From Octopus vulgaris (taxonomy: Eukaryota), in the NCBI GenBank assembly GCA_951406725.2, contig OX597814.1:49662001-49726000 (forward strand): 64,000 nt of DNA, written 5' to 3'. Below the pieces are notes generated by a model that saw only the letters and a program-made list of their open reading frames with translations, was not told the origin of the DNA and searched no databases. Shown one piece after another: positions 58,348 through 64,000 of the stretch. Positions within the stretch are counted from its first letter, which is position 1. Each line of letters begins with the position of its first letter. The translations under genes and the position numbers were made by a program.

Positions 58348-59113
58348 AAAGATAGATGCTCATACAATAATAACCAAAATATACCAAAATGATATGATAT
58401 GATATAGATTGATGTATAACAATGTTATATTATAAAGACACTGCATTAATAAATCATAGGTAGATATTTACCAGTAATAAACTACAAGTAGTTATGCTAC
58501 TATAATATATCATTACGTCTACGGCAATAATAAGGTTATTGGTAGTTGCACAGACAGAAATAAATATAGGTAGGCATGGAGTCAATGATCAGCTATAGGT
58601 AGGTATACTTACAATAAGAAAAGGAGCTTCTATGCGATCGCTGGACAAGCTAGAAATATCTATCAAATCTTTCTTCAAATTACACCCTATTGTCTTCAAA
58701 ATGGATGAACAACGCCACAAAAGTCTAGATGATCACAGCTGGAATGAGAGATAGGGCTGACAGGAGTCTAAACAAGAACAAAAACAACAACAACAACAAC
58801 AATCATACACAGATATACAACAATAATAACCCACATCGGTAATAAATATTTTATTCATATAACATTCTTCGGCACACAGATTTTTTTTATAAATAAGCAT
58901 GCTGTGTTGCTGTATTAGTTATGTCTTAACGGTTGCTAAACAAATACCAATATGCAAATTAGTTCACCCACGTGTGAGTTAAGATGCATTTTCTATGTCG
59001 CTGTGAGCACAGCAGGACTATATATGATTTTAATGTATAAATATACTGCAGTATACTGAATATTTTAAAATAACATGTTGTATTGATGTATTGGTTAAAT
59101 GTATGTATACATA

Positions 59114-59153
<40 letters not shown>

Positions 59154-59535
59154 AATTCATACTTCATAAATAAAATGCACACATGCACATACATACATAC
59201 ATACATACATACATAAACATGTATATGCACACACACCTACGCACATACATAATTTATATTACCAGTACACCACCAACACAGCATTCTAAGTTTTAAAAAG
59301 TTCCCACACGTGTACGTGTTTATGTGTGTGTGTATGTGAAAGAAATTGTGGCAGGAAAAGTGATAAAGGGAAAAAAAGAAAGGAGAGATTATGGAAATAA
59401 ATTGGAAGAGAATAATTTGAGAGTTGGTGGGGACAAATTGGAAGAAATGAACGGAGAAATCTGGTGTTCAATGATATTTTGGAGAAACCGGAGGGAGAGA
59501 GAAAGGAAGAGAGAGTGAGAGAGTGAAAGAGAGTG

Positions 59536-59594
<59 letters not shown>

Positions 59595-60089
59595 AAACTA
59601 AGTAGGGATCTTTTTGGCAAAAAGAGCAAAATAAGTAGGGATTCTTTTGGCCTTATACATCAGATCTGATTATTTTGAAAATTTTTACTGAATTAGTTTT
59701 TCATGTTAATTACGAAATTCATAATATTCTTTTTTGAGAAACTAAAAGTAAAAGAAGTTACAAAACTTTAAAAGTCGAAATTGTTTTGAATTTCAGCCAA
59801 CCACATATGTCTATTTCCGACACACCGGAAGTTGGAATTGTCATACATTCTCAAGGCAAAATATTGAACTAGCGTGAGCGAATATATTGAAAGGAAACAG
59901 ATTAAGCCAGTGTGGAGAAGAAAAAAAGTGAAAACTATTATGAGCGGTCGAGTGCAGTTTTTGGGAAGGCTAAGGGTATACATTGAAGAAGAAAGAACGC
60001 TGCAGTTAGCTATCTCCAATAGTAGGATATAATACCGAGGAATAGAGTTTGTATAATACAGAGGAATATATTTTCCCGTTGTTGGTGGT

Positions 60090-60335
60090 GATGCCCAACA
60101 TTAACTGCAAGAAATTAGGTTGCAAAGTATTTGTATCTGTACGAAAAGGTTTTGAGTGTAGCACTAACAATCATAGTTGCATTATTAATTGTTGGTTGAA
60201 AGAATTATCGACTGTTCGTTTCTGTAGAGAAGAGGTGGAAATGAATCACGGCATCATGGTTGATTACAACAAGTACACGAGAGAACTGTGTGCAAAGGAT
60301 CTTCTTCGTAATTCAATGTAAATAGATGGCCCCTT
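60090..60335 (+). mobile_element. Merlin (IS1016/IS1595-like) transposase relic
   Basis: CKKLGCKVFVSVRKG..CWLKELST..FC.EE.EMNH...VDYNKY.RELCA..LLRN...IDGP resembles the Merlin N-terminal Cys region and the segment before GGPG..VEIDE. Confidence 0.65.
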
Positions 60336-62479
60336 AATGCTAATTCGCGTTATACTCGGGTCTTTTGTGTCACCAATAATTTATTTAGACGTCAGTGTGG
60401 GGTTTCTGACAGAAAAAAAAGCGCAGATTGTACTTTGTTAAAAGTTTAGTCTGAAGTTACGTACTGCGCTTATAGTCTTTGCAGGTCCTCTGCGCTGTTT
60501 CAAACAGCTGCGTGTTTCAAGAAAAAAAACAAACAAAAAAAACACGGGGAAGGGAAAATTCCAGAGGGCTAATATGAAGGAGGGCTGAAGAAGTCTGAAC
60601 AAAATTGTTATTGTAGAGATCGAATGGATAGGTAGTAAACACACGACCAGTCCAATTATGGTCTGCACTACCAGTATAGTTGACAACAGAATATCTCAAA
60701 ATACCTTTAAGATTCAGTTATTGTTCAGTGACCTTTCCATACTAACTTATTTTGGCTGGACACCTACTACTGCTGCTATTGCCACGTTACTTTTTGTTAC
60801 TGATACTGCATTTGATAATATACTTTAAATCGCCATTTAATTTGTGTACCCTATGTAATTTAACCATCTGGGATGGAATGAGCTTTGTACTCAATTAGAT
60901 TAGTGAAGACAACGTCATAACTATAGGGAAAGATAGACATATTTATATTGATCTTACAAGAAGTTGTTGCAAAGAATAGGCCATCAAAATATGAAGCTGT
61001 AACGAAACGAAATTGAAGAAAAATTCATAACTATTAAACTACATTTACGAAGTGGATATATCACATAATAGAACTTGTTCAAATTATGAAGTGGTCACAA
61101 ACTCTCCGACTGAATATTAAATTTGTGACAGATAATAAGCGGAGCAGATTATAAAGGAGCTTAATGGATATAAGCAATCTTGATGTAATAAAGCAAATAG
61201 TTTAGTGCATTACAAGTTATGAGGTCCGCAGAGTACTTTCGGTCATAGTTATAGTTAAACGAGGACATATTCACCGTATTAATTAGTTCAACATATACTT
61301 ATATATTTAAACTTAACTTTTATGTAAAATATATTCGCTGTAATAATTCAAATAGAAAAGAGAAAGCAATAGAAAGAATGAGGGAAACAAAGAGAGAAAA
61401 AAGTGAGAAAAAAGAGATAGAAAAATATGTATGGATGTATCTATCTATGATACACGAACAAAATCAAAGTACTCAATAATATATTAGGGTGGAATATTTT
61501 ATAACATTGTCGTTTATTTATAATACATCGTAGCTCAAGTTTCAAATCAAAGTTACTTGGATGATCAAACGATGAAAACATAGCCGCATTCTCTAATATC
61601 ATTGACTTATTTGAATCGTTATTTTCCTGGGACGGAAGTTTTGGTACTGAATTACGAATTTGAATAGTTTGAATTCACGATAAGAGGCTTAACTCATAAC
61701 ATATTAATAGTGATTGCTAAGATTGAGTTATTCATGTGTTGGTTCAAAACAATGAAGGTGAAGGACTTGTGAGATATGACGAGATTAGAAGAAAATATAA
61801 ATAAACAGCTACACAGTAACGAGTAAGGAAAGTTAAAGAGTTGAAATTATGAGTGTCAATATCTATGTTACTATGTAGCACAGTGAATTTCTGGCCTAGG
61901 TTTACAGTATAAAAGCAGAAGCCACAGAGGTACAGAGTATTCCACGTTGGGACAAAACCGAGTAGGGAAATGGGGAGAGTATCATTGCTTCTGATAAATT
62001 GTTAACTTTTGATTCGTTCAGTAGAATATATAATCTTTCAAAAGTGGCTACATTTGATGAAGATTACTGGTTTGACATTTAGATAATATGTGGATTTATA
62101 AATGTTTTTATGTATTAGGTTCTTTTTAGCTACGAATAATAATTTCCGAATGACCAGCATCTTTAGAGGTTCTTCCAGTTGATGTTAAATGTAGTAGCAA
62201 TTTTGTATTAATGTTTTCTACATTTCTGAAGGACTAAATATGGTTAAAATATTGCTATTTGAATTTATTTTCCACCATAAATATGTAGTTTTTATGTTGA
62301 ATTTTTAGGATTAATTTGGTGGTGGTAACTTCTGCCTCGTTGATTATCACTTCATCGTTGCAAAGGCTTGTTACCAAGATTTTCATATTGGTGATACAAC
62401 TGTGTTCGGCAATGGAAAAATGTTCCTGCCATCTCTGACGTGAACAATTATTGGATAATCGTCCAATTACCTAATATTC

Positions 62480-62860
62480 TGTGCGAAAAACGATTGGTGA
62501 GATCGATTGGAATTTTGCAAACCAATTTGGTACTGTCTGCTGTGTAATAACATTAGAATGAAATACTCCATTAATATTCCGAGCTGTCTGTGATGCTGTA
62601 TTTCCAAGAAAGAACTCTATTTCAAAACTGTACGAATTTCCGACTTATCTATCTCTAAACAAAAATAGCAAAAAACAAACAAAAAAAACGATTTATAAAT
62701 ACTTTATAAAGTGCAAAATGAGTTAGAATAGAGAAATAGATGTGTCAGCTTTCTAACAAAATAAAAGATAAAGATTGTCAAAATATAATAATGGCGCAAA
62801 ATGAGCAGCTGTCAAAGTTTACCATATACCTTACTACAAATTTCATACTTGACGACCTAA
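62480..62860 (-). mobile_element. Mariner 5' fragment
   Basis: Minus strand TA|TTAGGTCGTCAAGTATGAAAT TIR, then DKSEIRTVLK-stop-EFFLGNTASQTARNINGVF...TVPNW HTH remnant. Confidence 0.75.
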
Positions 62861-63288
62861 TAGTTACTAGATTTTTGTTAGTATCTAGAGAGTTGGTAGC
62901 ACTGATCGTAAGCGACATTCGTTTTGAATAAGTTCTTCGCTCCACCTCCGGAAGCAGATATTGATGCTGATGATCTCTACAAGATAAGTTACATTCGCGT
63001 TGTAGTTAGTGAAGCAAAGAAAGGCAAGATGATTGCGTGAGGCATCATCAAATGTTTGTCTGGTACTCTGAAAAATATATATATATAAATTTAACACTGT
63101 GTTCACGAGTCGAGATTAGTTCATTATTACTGCATGCAGTAATGTTGATAGACTTACCTTTGTTTTTTGCAGAAGTGATTCGAGAATAATGTAATATTTT
63201 CAGTTTGACGTTGCTTGAAAGAATTCAGCTATAGTGGTCTAATAAACGCCACAGTCACTCATATCTAAGGGACACGACTCAGCGTAAC

Positions 63289-63758
63289 GTTATCTCCTCT
63301 TTACTATGATCTGTTTGTATTGTGTTAGAGGATATTGTAGTTATGCAGTGAAATAATTTTTCTCATAGAATATATAGAATAACTGGCTTTGATATTGTCC
63401 CTGTTGAATAATTTATAAAGCTTGTTGTCTTTCTGGAAGTGTTTGTTGATTAAAGATAGAAATTATTTTGCCACGCAGGTTATAACGTTCTTGCTGAACG
63501 TGAACGTTCTTGTATATAATCCATCCACTACAAAAGAAAAATAAAAAAGCACTAGGGAGAGAAATACGATCTGTTTCAATCAACCGTGTTCAGTAAGAAC
63601 GTTATAACCTTCGGGGCAAAACAATTCCTCTCCTTAATCAACAAACATTTCCACAGACATCAAACTTCATAAATTATTCAACAGGAAAAATTATTTCGTT
63701 GCATAACTACAGAATCCTTCAGCAGAATAAAAATAGAACAAACCGAAGAGGAGATAAC
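63289..63758. repeat. About 470-bp diverged palindrome (foldback or MITE)
   Basis: Nested pairings GTTATCTCCTCT/AGAGGAGATAAC, GTAGTTATGCA/TGCATAACTAC, CCTGTTGAATAATTTAT/ATAAATTATTCAACAGG, AGGTTATAACGTTCTT/AAGAACGTTATAACCT. Confidence 0.85.
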
Positions 63759-64000
63759 TGCAAGTGTCGAAACAACCATGCCGCGTATATGACACTTTTG
63801 GTGCACTGACAACTATATCGCCCCACCCATTAAATTAAACATTGAAAATAACACAATTGTATACTCACAGTTTGAGAGAGAGAAAGAGAGAGAGAGAGAG
63901 GGACAGAGAGAGAAAAGAAGAGACTGAGAGTGAGAAAGAGGGAGAGAGAGAAAGAGAGAGCGCGAGATGGAAACTTGACTTAGATCTCTTACTCTGGAAT

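Noticed and set aside
60700-62450. Possible decayed transposase or exons
   Set aside because: No recognisable motif in any frame by eye; same for 6260-7700.

Overview
AT-rich eukaryotic intergenic or intronic DNA with very dense microsatellites. The SINE families and (TA)n/(CA)n/(TATG)n/(TATC)n/(AAT)n load suggest an octopus-type cephalopod genome (inference from repeat recognition, not a search). I find no host protein-coding gene; nearly all listed ORFs are microsatellite translations. The window is a transposon graveyard: at least three SINE families, decayed mariner/Tc1 elements and MITEs, an hAT MITE with an 8-bp TSD, non-autonomous Helitrons, a Merlin transposase relic, and CR1/L2-type, RTE, L1/Tx1, R4/Dong-like and Penelope fragments. 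The most interesting signals are: (i) several short repeats carrying Penelope-type minimal hammerhead ribozyme cores (CUGANGA-stem II-GAAAC-GUH); (ii) SINE dimers with a fixed junction; (iii) near-perfect 124-134 bp local templated duplications; (iv) LINE 3' ends in (AAT)n tracts; (v) long hairpins; (vi) possible minus-strand splice signals. Boundaries of decayed elements are approximate.
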